DNA from: the human T2T-CHM13v2.0 reference genome, Homo sapiens
Length of the DNA: 64,000 bases
Reading direction: 5' to 3' (one strand)
Assembly (NCBI RefSeq): GCF_009914755.1
Contig: NC_060925.1
In this document: positions 27,378-42,368 of the stretch, piece by piece
How positions within the stretch are numbered: position 1 is the stretch's first letter
Layout of the letters: each line of letters begins with the position of its first letter
The notes under the pieces: generated by a model
Database searches by the model: none
What the model was told of the DNA's origin: nothing
Seen by the model: the letters and a program-made list of their open reading frames with translations, nothing else
Program-made: the position numbers and the translations under genes

Positions 27378-28033
27378 TAATTCTGAAAGCAAAATCCTAC
27401 GAGGCAGGAATTATTCCCACCTTACAGATGAGGGCATGGAGGCTCAGAGAGGTTAGAACTCTGCCCAAGGTCACAGAGCATAAAAACAGCAGAGCTGAAG
27501 TACAAATCCAGCAGGTATCACCAACTCGAAAGTCAGGGCTTAAACTTCCATCGGTATAAAGCTATGAGAGCTTGACTGCTTCTGAATGTCCTGCCACTCC
27601 AGCGAAGATTTTATGTTAGAAAAATAGAACAATGTCAGCACCAGGGGAATCCAGCATCACAGGGAATGAGGAAAGACTTAGTCCTGAGCCAATTCCCTGT
27701 GGCTCCTCAAGTTGGCTGTGTGGACTTGGGCAAATGTCCCGCCAAATCCGAAGCCTTGCTTCCTCCTCTATGGGGTAAGAGTAACAATTCTTACAACAGG
27801 ATTATAATAATAATTGAATACAATTTTAAGTTCCTGGCACACAGTGGTTGCTCAATAAGTATCAGGCATTCAACAGGCATTTACTGAGCATCATTATGTG
27901 TGACTAAGGGCCCCTGAAGAGAGTGGCCCGGCACTGTGCTCTGCCAAGCAGTGACACCCCATCCTTTTCTCTATGTTGGGCTTCTTCCCCACAACCACCT
28001 TTCAAAAGAAAGACCAGAATGATTGGGACTCAC

Positions 28034-28199
28034 GGGAAAAGAGTCTTTTTTGGAACTTTTGTGCAATCACTGGGGTTGTAATAACCAGGTCCCGGGCCTG
28101 TTGACGTCAGTTTTAATCCACGGTTGGTTTTTGATTTAAAACAAGACATTAATGTATTTGGCGACTGCTTCACAAGGGATTCGTTGATATCATAATGCC
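28034..28199 (-). CDS. STPG1: STPG1 exon 7 ([56 protein letters not shown])
   Basis: ccttag acceptor, CC/gtgagt donor, 166 nt. Confidence 0.94.
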
Positions 28200-28677
28200 C
28201 TAAGGAGAAAGAAATTTTAGGACAGAATAAGGAACTCTTCTCAAGTAAATAAAAAGCAGTACCTTACCCCTAAGAACACACCTGATGGCTGCAAGGCACC
28301 ATCACTCTAGGATGGCCAAGTGGAAGGGCTGACTGAGATAGCCAAAAACAATCCTCACCATGCAGAGAACAGATGGCACGGGAAGCACACACTTAGCTGA
28401 TTTAGTTCTCGCACTAGCCTGGCAAGATGAGTATTACTGCTTTCATTCTACACATGGGAAACTGAGACTCAGAGATTGTTAAATAATTTGCCAAAGGACA
28501 TTCATCTAACCAGGGACTTAGACAAATCTCTCCACCTTGCTGGAGCCCAGTTTTCCTTCTCTATAAACTAAGAATAATAATTCTTCTGACAACAGAGTTG
28601 TTATGACAGTTGAATAATATTTTAAGTTCCTAGCACATAGTGGATGCTTTGTAAATATCATGCAATCAACAACTATC

Positions 28678-29283
<606 letters not shown>

Positions 29284-29667
29284 ACATGTATGTGTTGAGC
29301 ACCACTATGTAGAGACTGGTCTGCTTGTCTCCAAAGCCCACACTTCCCCACCACACCACAATGCCCTGTCTCAAGAAACTGTGACAGAATAAAATGAATT
29401 TGTGTACAAAGCTTTAAGGAAGAAGAGAATGACCAAAACTGGGGTGAAGAGGAAGCGATCTCACCCCTAAGTTGTCAGTAGCCCTGTGAATGGATGTTCT
29501 CCACCACTCTATTCATATTAGCAATCAATTCAAAATAATCACAATTTTCAATAAGACAATACTGGCTCCTTAATTTATGGTACTATCATATAAGAATATA
29601 CTATATATTTATTTAAAATGATGTTCCGAAAGGATTTTTACTAACATGAAAAGACGTTCCCAGTATC

Positions 29668-29984
<317 letters not shown>

Positions 29985-30150
29985 TTAAATTTTTAAAGAA
30001 GCAGATGTCAGCAGCATTTACAATACTGGATAACTATCTCTCATATTCTCTGTTTTGTATATATATTTCTACTAAAAAGGTTATAGCAACACTTGAATTA
30101 CAAAATACAGAAAACAATGAAAAGCAAAAGCAAGGAATAGAAGGCATTTA

Positions 30151-30801
<651 letters not shown>

Positions 30802-32062
30802 TTATAAGGGGCTGGGGGCTTCTCAGGATCCCCCCACCCCGGGAGGGAGCAGGAGCAGGGGCAGACTGTGGAGGTGCCCACATCCCAGGGCTCACTGGCA
30901 GGGACTCTGGCCAACCCCAGGGATGCTGGCTTTGTTCTTCTGTATAAATAGACAAGGTGGGGTTTTGCCCATGGATGATGCAAGGCAGGAGAGCATGAAC
31001 TGGGGCTGAGCCTCCTAATTAGCGCTGGTTTTGTTATTCAGCTTCAGATTGATCTTTTCAACTTTAATCTGGATTTGCTGAAATCTCACATGCACTACAA
31101 TTTTATCCACACCCCTCTGCAAGAGGCATGATTGCAGAAGCAAACCTTCCCTGCTCCTCCTCCTGCTTCTGGGGCCCAAGGTTCCTGGGGCAGCTCTGGT
31201 GCCCAGGGCTTCTGGGGTTGGGGTGTGGTCTGTGGGACCTATTTGGGATAATCTAATATAATAAGTGCTCCAGCACTGGAGGTCAGAGAGCACAGGAGAG
31301 GTGCAACACCCTTCCCCAAGGCTGGCAGGGGAAACACTTGCAGGAAAGCTCTTGTGTATTCCTGAATCTTGGAGGTTCCAGAAGGGACAATGGAATGATG
31401 GAGGACGTGGGCTCGTTAGTGAGACCCCTCTGGGCTTGTGTCTGCCATTTACTGGCTGTATGACACTGGGCAAGTCATTTCAACTCTCTGAGCCTCCACT
31501 TCCTCATCTGAAAAGTAGGGCTAAGTGGATGAACCTATGACGGCAGACCTGCAAGACTGCATGGAAACCACTCACCGTGGAGTGGGTGCTCCGGAAACAG
31601 AGCTGCCTCCTCTGTTTTATGACTGGATGATGAAGTCACCTCTAGCATAGGAGAAAATGAACGTGGCAGCTCAGTGTTGAAGGAACAGGATGTATGGTCA
31701 TGCCCTGTATCTCCTGCCCCTCCCCAGTGGCCCCTAATGGCACCTGGGGTATACGAATGTGCACATTTCTGAGGTGAGAAGCCACTTCTCCACTTGGCTG
31801 CCCAGAGCAGGTATGCCAGATCATAAAAGGGGAGGCCAGGAAGCTGCTTTGGAGGCCCATTTCCAGAGCCAGCCATTGTCCTCCTGGTGGGGATTGCTGG
31901 CTGTCTTCTCACCTCTCCTCTTTGTTCAGTACCTGCCTGCTACTCCTCCCCACCCAAAGACTAAATCCTTCCAAAGACTCCCTGTGAAGAAGTAGGTGCC
32001 CTGCAAATCAAATCTGGGACACTTAACCCTTAGGTCAAGGCCAGTGCAAAGCAGCTGCTTAC

Positions 32063-32171
32063 CTGGGGGAGGTCCTTTATCAGCAAAAGCGAAAGATCCT
32101 CTTTGGGTTTTTGACATAAACCCGGCTCGAGTACAGACGTTGTTTCTCTGCTTGCAGCAAGAGACAGAGGC
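32063..32171 (-). CDS. STPG1: STPG1 exon 6 (ASVSCCKQRNNVCTRAGFMSKTQRGSFAFADKGPPP)
   Basis: ccctag acceptor, CAG/gtaagc donor, 109 nt. Confidence 0.94.
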
Positions 32172-32455
32172 CTAGGGGGAGAAAATACACCCAATGTACT
32201 CAGTACCTTTCCTTTCTTTGTCTTCGTCATCATGCCTGGACAAGTGGCAAATCTACGTAAAAAAAATCAAACCGAAACCTGTCCTTCTTAGCAAATGAAC
32301 AGATGTGAGCTGTAAACGTCACACTGGCTGTGGCTTCCCTGTCATCCCAGCTCAAGTGGTCTATGAGTTTGTGATCCCTGGAAAATGCTGGTCACTCAAC
32401 AAGGAACAGAACACACAGCTAGCTGCAGGGTGGCTTCCAGGCTCACTTCTGCTAA

Positions 32456-32918
<463 letters not shown>

Positions 32919-32936
32919 GAAAGTGTTTTTTTTTAA

Positions 32937-33282
<346 letters not shown>

Positions 33283-34191
33283 TTTTCTACTATTTTTACT
33301 GTTTTCAGGACACGTAGTCCTACCCATCCCCATCCTCATTCCTAGGTGCATTGCTCACTGTTCAAACAGCCCTTCTATAAATGCAGCATTTGGGGCACAC
33401 AAGAAAGTCGTATCATTTAAGATTGTGATCACATTTGCAAGCATTCCCTTGTCTCAACTTTCCTGAACTGACCAGAAATTAAGAATTCTGGCCAACTCAC
33501 GAAATACATTTGAGAGTGCGCGATGTGTTCAGAACTCTAAAAATAATAGGAAAAAAACCCTGAGATCATTCTTCTGTTACACGTGAATCATAAATATTTT
33601 AAATGCCAATTTGCGGTCTCCTGTATTCATTGGAGAACAGAGGCAATACAAATTAAACCTGTGATTGCTGGGGATATTTGCTGAATGAGTGAAACTATTT
33701 GCTGGGGCCAGGATGGTTTGATTTGCTGTGATACTCCTTTGTCAAAAAAAATGTTTCTCGAGAAATGCAGATGGCATTTTGATTTTGTGTTTACAAAGGT
33801 GGAGGAATTTAGCTTTTCCCAGGGCCCTAATGGCTAGACGGCATGCAGAGAGGGCAAACAAAGAGACCAGATGGGACAGGTTAATTACTGGACACGGAGA
33901 GTTGGGGAGAGGAGCCAGGTTGCCGGAGAGAAGGTAATAACACATTACCAAGGAAGAGGACTCGAATATACAAGTGAGGGATGGTGGCAGCAAAGGCAGA
34001 GAAAGGCTTTGACAGACCTCAAAGCACAGTGTGGCTAACAGGATTACTGCATTTCTACTCCTCACCAGTTGACTCAACCATTGTTCTCCTGGCCTGAAAA
34101 AAAGCCACCTGTAGACAAAACAGCACTTCAGCTTTATTTTTCACCCAGACAGAAAAGCAACTGAAAAAGGGAGCATTTTTGTATACGCTGA

Positions 34192-34722
<531 letters not shown>

Positions 34723-35337
34723 TTATAAGGGACTTCCACTTTCTAATTAATGGGTTTCTACAGGGCTTGAATATATTTTATGATGAGCGTGTATTATTTT
34801 CAGGGTCATATTAAGACAATAATGAACAAAAAACATGCGCCTAAATGTATCTATTGGCAGAAGGACACAATTCTATCTTGGGAAGAGGTCCTTTCTAGAT
34901 TAACAGCTGCATACTACTGGAAAGTTATTCCTTTGATGTCATAAACATTGATTGGATGCTTACTGCATCCCAGGACCTGTGCTGGGCATTGGAGACAGGA
35001 AGCCGGGTGAAGGAGTAGACAGTGATTCGGGGAGAATGGTGCATGAAACACTGACGGCAGCATCCTTCAGCTACAACCGGGAGGCTGCAGAGAGGGGCAT
35101 CCGCACAGACAGTCGGTGCCTGTGTTTTTCTCCCAAGTAGCCTGGTTCCCACTTGGGACTGACAAAGGGGCAATGGCTAAGCCCCTTTCTGATCACTTTC
35201 TTGTATCACACCTTGCCATCTCTCCTGTTAGCATAATAATCTCCTCGCTGGTTTTCCAGAACCCACTCTCCAACCCACACTGCAGTCCATTCACCACACA
35301 GCAGCTGGAAGGAACTTTTTAAAAAATATGTCAGATT

Positions 35338-35623
35338 GGCTGGAAGCTGTGGCTCATGCCTGTAATCCCAGCACTTTGGGAGGCCGAGGCGGATGGATTA
35401 CGAGGTCAGGAGTTTGAGACAAGCCTGGCCAACATGGTGAAACCCCATCTCTACTAAAAAAAAAAAAAATACAAAAATTAGTTGGGCATGGTGGCATGTG
35501 CCTGTAATCCCAGCTGAGGCAGGAGAATTACTTGAACTGGGGAGGCGGAGGTTGCAGTGAGCCAAGATCGTGCCACTGCACTCCAGCCTGGGCGACAGAG
35601 CAAGACTCCATCTAAAAAAAAAG
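35338..35623 (+). mobile_element. Alu (S-type) inserted into an L2-like segment
   Basis: Sense Alu consensus. Confidence 0.92.
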
Positions 35624-36434
35624 CATCAGATCACACCACCCCATACCTCCAGCCCCACTCATGGGCTTCCTAGGACCCAGAGAACAAAATGTGAACTTCC
35701 TCCTGGGATCTTCAGGGCCCTGTGTGAATTGGCCGGTGTCTGTCTGGTGCCCCCTTCTCCCTTCTCCTCTTGCTCATCCTACACTAGCCACTCAACCTTC
35801 CTGAAGGTCCTCGTGGGCTGGGCTCCTTGCTATACCAGGACCTTGGCACATGCTCTTTCTCCAACCCTGGCTCTTCCTCAATCCTTGGGTCTCAGTCTCG
35901 GAGCCTTCTCTGACCACCAAGTCAGAGAAGGCTGACTTGGTACTGCCAACCTCCATATCTCCCACATATTCTCCCTCAAGCTCCAGCTGTCCCTCAAAGT
36001 TGACCACAGTTTGTAATTATTTTGTTTGTTTACCTGTTCTTTTCTGAATTCCCCACTGGAATCTAAGCTGTATCACCAGCCTGGCACAGAGGAGCAACAG
36101 GATCCACAGAGGGAAGCCTGTCAGGGCTGGAACGAGGTGACTTTGATCATTCCCCAGCTTTCCACCCCAGCCATCCACTGGTGCCCACTGAAGTGCAAAT
36201 GATGCCTTCAAGCTGGGTAACTGTGCAAGTCCCTTCACCTCTCTGAGCCTTAGCTTTCTCTTCTTTATACTGGGAACAAGATAATCCACTTTATGGATTC
36301 ACTTGTGAGTATTAAATATGATTAATACATAACTCTTAGACCAGCACTTAGTACATGAGAAGTGCTTCATCCTCCTCCTCCTCCTCATCATTTTCAGGCT
36401 CTGATTATGCCGAGGGAAGACTGCCTGGAGTTGG

Positions 36435-36709
36435 ACTGCCCAGTATAGTAGCCACAGGTTGCATGTGGCTATTGGCCCTGGAAACGTGGCTGGCCCAAAT
36501 TAAAATGTGCTGGAAGAATAAAACACATACTGGATTTTAAAGACTCACTACAAGGAAAATAGTCTTCCTCAAATATAAAATTCATAACTTTTATATTGAT
36601 TAGTGTTGAAATGATAATATTTTGGATCTGTTGGGTAAACTATATTACTCAAATTAACTTCATCTGTCCCTTTTTCTTTTTAGATGTGGCTACTAGAAAA
36701 TCTTAAATG
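36435..36709. mobile_element. MER3/MER33-type hAT-Charlie element
   Basis: tagtagccac...catgtggctatt...tgttgaaatgataatatttt...gtggctactagaaaat. Confidence 0.75.
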
Positions 36710-36990
36710 AGGCCGGGCACGGTGGCTCCCGCCTGTAATCCCAGCACTTTGGGAGGCCGAGGCAGGTGGATCACGAGATCAGGAGATTGAGACCATCCTG
36801 GCTAACCCAGTGAAACCCCATCTCTACTAAAAATACAAAAAATTAGCCGGGTGTGGTGGCGGGTGCCTGTAGTCCCAGCAACTTGGGAGGCTGAGGCAGG
36901 AGAATGGTGTGAACCCAGGAGGTGGAGCCTGCAGATTGCACCACTGCTCTCCAGCCTGGGAAACAGAGCAAGACTCCGTCTCAAAAAAAA
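36710..36990 (+). mobile_element. Alu (Y-type)
   Basis: gagaccatcctggctaac and gaatggtgtgaaccc diagnostics. Confidence 0.92.
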
Positions 36991-38009
36991 GCTTGAATCC
37001 ATCATAGAAGGTGGGCAGGATTTTTGTAGTCAGAAAAATAATTATTAATTATCAATATTATGAAGGAAAAAAGGAAATGGTATAATAAATGTATAAAACC
37101 AAAATAGTTTGGAAAATGGCATAACATTAATGTCTTAAGTACAATTCATATCTTGCGCACTTCAGAGTGCTTTCACGTTCGTTGCCTTATGGTAACCCTG
37201 TAGGGCAAGTAGAATTGATTCCATTGTACAGTGGGGGCTGTGACTTACTTACTTGCTTGTATTTAAGGGTAAGTAAATACCCTTCATGTACTAACAAAGA
37301 CAGCCCTACCAATCTCCATGTATTGTGTGGTCCTTGTGTGACTGGTGCTGTCCTGGGCATGAAGCATACATTATCTCATTTAATATTTGCATTAACACGA
37401 TGAGGTGAACATACATCACCATTTTACAGATCAATAAACTAAGCCCTGGAAAGGTTAAGGGACTTGCCGAAGGCCGCACAGTTAGAAAGTGGCAACAGAT
37501 GAGAGCTAAACCAAACCTTCCTGAGTCCATCTCTTAACCATCCATGCCATTCTGCGTCAGTGAATACAAAGCGATCATAATTGGCACAGCAGGGCACGAC
37601 TGTTAAAACACCTATTTTCTGATATGAAAGTTTATTTTCCCTAGAAGAACCTAAAAAGTAAATCATTAGTGGCTGCAGACAAAGTGGTAAATAATACACC
37701 CATTGTTACAGATGAGAAAACTACGTCCCAGAAAGGTTACAGGACAAGAGTAATTAGAATATGTGTTTCTCAGGGCAGTGGCCTCCCCACAGCTTGATAC
37801 TGGCCTCCATGTTGCCCATCCTGATCTCTGGGGTCTGCAAATTCCCTGTAAGAGTCTTGTACAGCCTTAGGCACCCATTGGGTAGTCAACAAATGCTAAC
37901 TGGCTTGACAACTGCATTAAAATACGATGTCCCCAAGATCCCCTCTTCCTTTTATTTTAGTAAACCATTAATTCGATCTATATTTAGCAAGCATAGGCAG
38001 AGTTCTTAC

Positions 38010-38180
38010 ATTGTAATAGTTTGGTGCAGGAGTTTCAAACTTGAGAGCTTTCATAAAGCTTGGCAACTGGAACATGCTGGAACACGAATTACTAAAGTCT
38101 CTCTTGGAAATAAAATCCGATGGGATAGTGTATGCGTTCGCTGCAGGGTATTTAGAAACGATGGTGTCCAATCGGGCGCA
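38010..38180 (-). CDS. STPG1: STPG1 exon 5 ([17 protein letters not shown]...[10 protein letters not shown])
   Basis: ttacag acceptor, AAT/gtaaga donor, 171 nt. Confidence 0.94.
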
Positions 38181-41100
38181 CTGTAAGGAGACAACCAAAG
38201 GAATCAGCATTGTCACATAATATTGTGGATCTGAAGGACAGATGTCAAAAAGATGGTGACCAGCACAAGGTCTAAACGCATTTTATAAAAGGCGAAACTC
38301 TGGCAGGTAACAATGATAAACTGACCTCGGGCTTTGAGGATCTTCCCTTGGAAAACGCAAGTTCAGACCTGTACTCGCTTCTGTAAACTAACTCAAATTA
38401 TTCATCTTCTGTTTGGGACTTGGCAAAAATGATTTTGCCATAAATGCATTTCCACCCAATCCTGTTCCAGGCCACTTACCCTTGACTCATCAGCTGTTGG
38501 GTAATTTATGTGATAGGAAGCTTTAGATGCTCTTCTCAGCCTAGGCTTTTCTTCTGAGTAAAATCTCACATCTTGTTTCTAAGGTTAAATGATCTGAACT
38601 GCCTAAGCAACGAGTTTGCTTCAAACAAAGCTCCAGGGGGCTTGTTGTCCATCTGTGCCTCCTACCCTCCACCAAATTACTGTTTTCATCAAATCCTACA
38701 GTATTTTCACGGTTTAACAGAACCAATCCCACCCTTTCAGGAAGCCACGATAAATTATCTTCAGTTAAAAAACAAACAGAATCAATGTTTGTCAAAAGAA
38801 CAGGGACAAAAGTCACAGAAACTCAGTGATAACATCACTTTCCCCTAAGATAGCATGGCAAGTATTGGAGTCTGATAAAACAAAAAATTTCCCACTATTT
38901 AATGGTCAAAAGCTTGAGAACATTGCCCTGGATTTTCTCACTTGATAGGAATCAATAACTACACAAACACAGAAAGTGGGTGAGCCAAAAGGAAGGCATT
39001 AGGGCCCCCCTACTTCACTCTGTGCTTGGTGGTGACGGTCCTCAGCGTCTGGTTTATGGACCCCCACTAGCATTTGGGTGGGTGTAGCACCAGAAGCGGG
39101 AGTGTTCTTGTCCAGAGCCTAAGTTGTTCAGAGCCTAACCTGGGTTCAAGCCCCAGCTCAACCTCAGCCTCTTCAGTAATGGGAAGTTAACTCCAACGCT
39201 GATCTGTTCCTTGAGTATCCAACTCTGCCAAACTCGAATTCTAATAAGAAGTGGCTACATGCAGTGTGTAAGGATTTGCTGATGCTCCTAGAAGTAAGGT
39301 CACCCCAGCTTTGAACGTGCTTCATCTTTTTCATTCTGGCCAAGAGTTAACCAATACCTTTGGTGGGTTTTTGTGTTGAATCCTCAGGACAACCCTGAGC
39401 AGTGGATCTTATGATTATCTCTACTTTACAGATGAGGAAGCTGAACTTCCCCAGCTAATTCAGGCGGAGGACCAGCATTCCTACCCAAGCAGTCAGTCTC
39501 CACTACATGACATGGATCAGAGAGCCCATTCTAAAGAGGAAAGGGTTGAGCGGCATGGCTCTGGGATAACAGCAAGCCCATTCAATCATAGACTCTTTTT
39601 TGGTTTAGAACACCTACAACTTACATTTTGAAAATGAAAAAACTTCTTCCCAAAAAAGTCCCAGTAGAGGCAATGTTTTATAAAGTATCGTAATAGAATT
39701 AGTCTCAGAATGTGGCTACAGTAACACTCACTCACCAACACTACACACCCGTTGGTTTACTTGCCAGGCCTGTGGCCTCCAATCTGGCCAAATGCCGGCA
39801 TTTATGAACTTCTCTCCAGCACCTACTAACTTTTCTAGAGCCACTCCTGCCAGCATGCAAATACAGAGAGGCCATCAAACTCTCCACCCACCTGCCTCAT
39901 ACACTTCTCCTAGTCAGTCCTGTGGAAGATTCTGGAGCAAAGATTTGGAATATACTAATAAAGCTCTTTATATCATTCAGACTTAGAGAGATGACAGGTC
40001 TCTCAAAAGGTTGGGTGTAGTTGTTTCAACAGTCATGAGGAAGTTTCTAAAATTTATAGACCCACAGAGTTTTTTGGTCAGCCTCACCCATAATCACATT
40101 CCTACTGGTCATTCTGATCTTTCTCTGATGAGAGCTACTTTTAATTCCCTCTAAGTCTTGGGATGCAGAAGTGGAGGAGGTGCTAAAGGTGAAAGTTACT
40201 GAAAGAGGCGGTGGGGTGGGGGATATGAAATTCTCATCCAGTTCACACGGGAATGAGGTAAAACGCAGAGATCTCCTAATAGATCGCCATCGACCACTTC
40301 AGGCACCCATCCCCAGGTACAGGACCTTAAGTGCTTATACCTGAGTGTAACATAACTATAAATACAAATTCCCATATTTGTGAAAGGGAGGAGAGGGGGA
40401 AGCCTGAGCAGCTCAAAGTCTGCCTTCTTTAGGGTTTGGTTCTGAATTTTTTAAAGGCCTGAAAGGCGTGGCTAGGTTCTGTAACACTCAGCTCTTGCCT
40501 TGGGCCCCTTCTCCTCCAGATAGTCAGGCTTTTCATTTGGAAAGTTACCGCACGCAAAGCCTTGTAGACAACCAATCGTGTCCTCTGATTCAGTCTCTTT
40601 GTTGGCATCAAGAAGGAATGGGCAGTGCCATTATTTAGCAAAGAAGTTCTCGGAGAGAAAACCTAGGTGTTGCAGGAAGTATTGTTTGTGACTCAGGTGG
40701 TAACAATCATAATATTTAGCATGTTTATAATGCTTTGCTGTTTCAAAGAGTATTTCACTCATTGCAACGTTAATTTGCCCAGTGCCTCCAGGGAGTCTCC
40801 ACTTTCATGAGGCAACTGGGACACAGAAGGGTGACGTGCTTGAGGTCACGTCAAGAATCCACAGCTGAGGCAGGATCAGGTCTGAAGTCTTGTCTTCTAC
40901 ACCAGGACTTCATGAGACGGCACTTCTTTTGAGCTTCTTTCCTAGCAGAGCTGGTGGCAGAAAAATAGGTAGAGGCATGGCTGTTCTGTGGACCTACTGA
41001 GGCCATGTACAAACTCAGCTTCTTCGGTAATGGGGAGTTAACTCCAAAGCTGGTCTGTTCCTTGAGTATCCAATTCTGCCAAATTCGAATTCCAATAAGA

Positions 41101-41275
41101 TGTAGCTACATTTAGTGTGTCTTAAATGGTCCCTTTGTGTGGTTAAAAAAAAAAATCAATTCCAATGTCAGGCATCATAATACATCTGTGCAAGAAATTA
41201 TTATAACTTTTAAAGGGACAAGATGGCATATGTTTGTTAATTTAATGTTAGAGTCTGGGCTTGCTTTCTTTTCAC

Positions 41276-41575
41276 TTTTTTTTTTTTTTTTTTTTGGACA
41301 GAGTCTGCCTCTGTCACCCAGGCTGGAGTGTGATGGTGAAATCATAGTTCACTGCAGCCTCAACCTCCTGGGCTCAAGTGATCCTCCCACCTCAGCCTCC
41401 CGAGTAGCTGGGACTATCGACACACATCACCACTCCTGGCTAATTTTTAAATTATTTTGTAGAGATGGGGTCTCACTATGTTGCCCGAGCTGGTCTTGAA
41501 CTCCTGGGCTTAAGTGATCTTCCCGCATTGGCCTTCCGAAATGCTGGCATTATAGGCATGAGCCACCGTGCCTGT
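41276..41575 (-). mobile_element. Alu (J-type)
   Basis: Antisense Alu. Confidence 0.9.
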
Positions 41576-42266
41576 CCACTTTTCACTTTTCTTCCTCAGG
41601 TAGCCTTACCCTAGTTTGTATCTTTCCCCTTGCTGTATCTGTTTTTCTTGACCATTTATCTATTTTGCTGTATCTATTTTTCTTGACAATGTATAAACAT
41701 TTTTAAGAAGCCTATCTTTGCCCAACTCTGGTCAGGGTCATTGGCAATTCATATAGCTACTTGATTGTTACAGCCCTCAACAAAAATTAAGTCCCATATC
41801 TTACGAAGAGAAGGAAAGGGGTGGGGCCAGTACTTTTCAGGCCCACTGCCGGCTTTCTTTTTAGTCCTATCAGATTTCTCAATAGTTTGACAACCAATTA
41901 GATTAAGCATTGTAAAAATCATATTACACCAAGATGTGTAAGAGTAACTATTTCCTGGCATGCCTAAACATCTCAGGAAAATACTTGCTTAGTGCACTCA
42001 GTGATAACAAAATTGGTTTGGAAGGATCAAGTTCTCAAGATTCCTCTGGCTTCTCTTCCCACCCTGGCAGTGGGTAGAGATGGGAAAAAGTTACTTAGAG
42101 ACACAGGGTCCAATTTACTTGCATGAAATTTGAGGAGGCAGTTACTCTCCTAATTAGAACCATAGGCCTTTGGAGAGAAAGGACCAGATGTCCAATATAT
42201 AATTATGCAATGAATGAAGGAAATTACTGACCAGTTAATGCTTTACTCAAGAGAAGTGGTTCTCAC

Positions 42267-42368
42267 CATTGAGGGAAACATGCAAGTTCCTTTCTTGGAC
42301 AATGAGACACTGTTGGACACCGGTGACTGGTGAATAACATTGTAGAACCCAGGTCCTGGGATATCATT
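42267..42368 (-). CDS. STPG1: STPG1 exon 4 ([34 protein letters not shown])
   Basis: tttcag acceptor, ATG/gtgaga donor, 102 nt, PGPGxY repeat. Confidence 0.94.

Noticed and set aside
31015-31473. 152-aa minus-strand ORF ending ...DKIVVHVRFQQIQIKVEKINLKLNNKTSAN
   Set aside because: It starts in a MIR, has no recognisable domain and no convincing splice sites; a conserved non-coding role cannot be judged from sequence alone
41630-41694. Two-copy 35-bp tandem duplication (ttgctgtatct.tttttcttgac.at)
   Set aside because: An ordinary local slippage duplication with no functional cue
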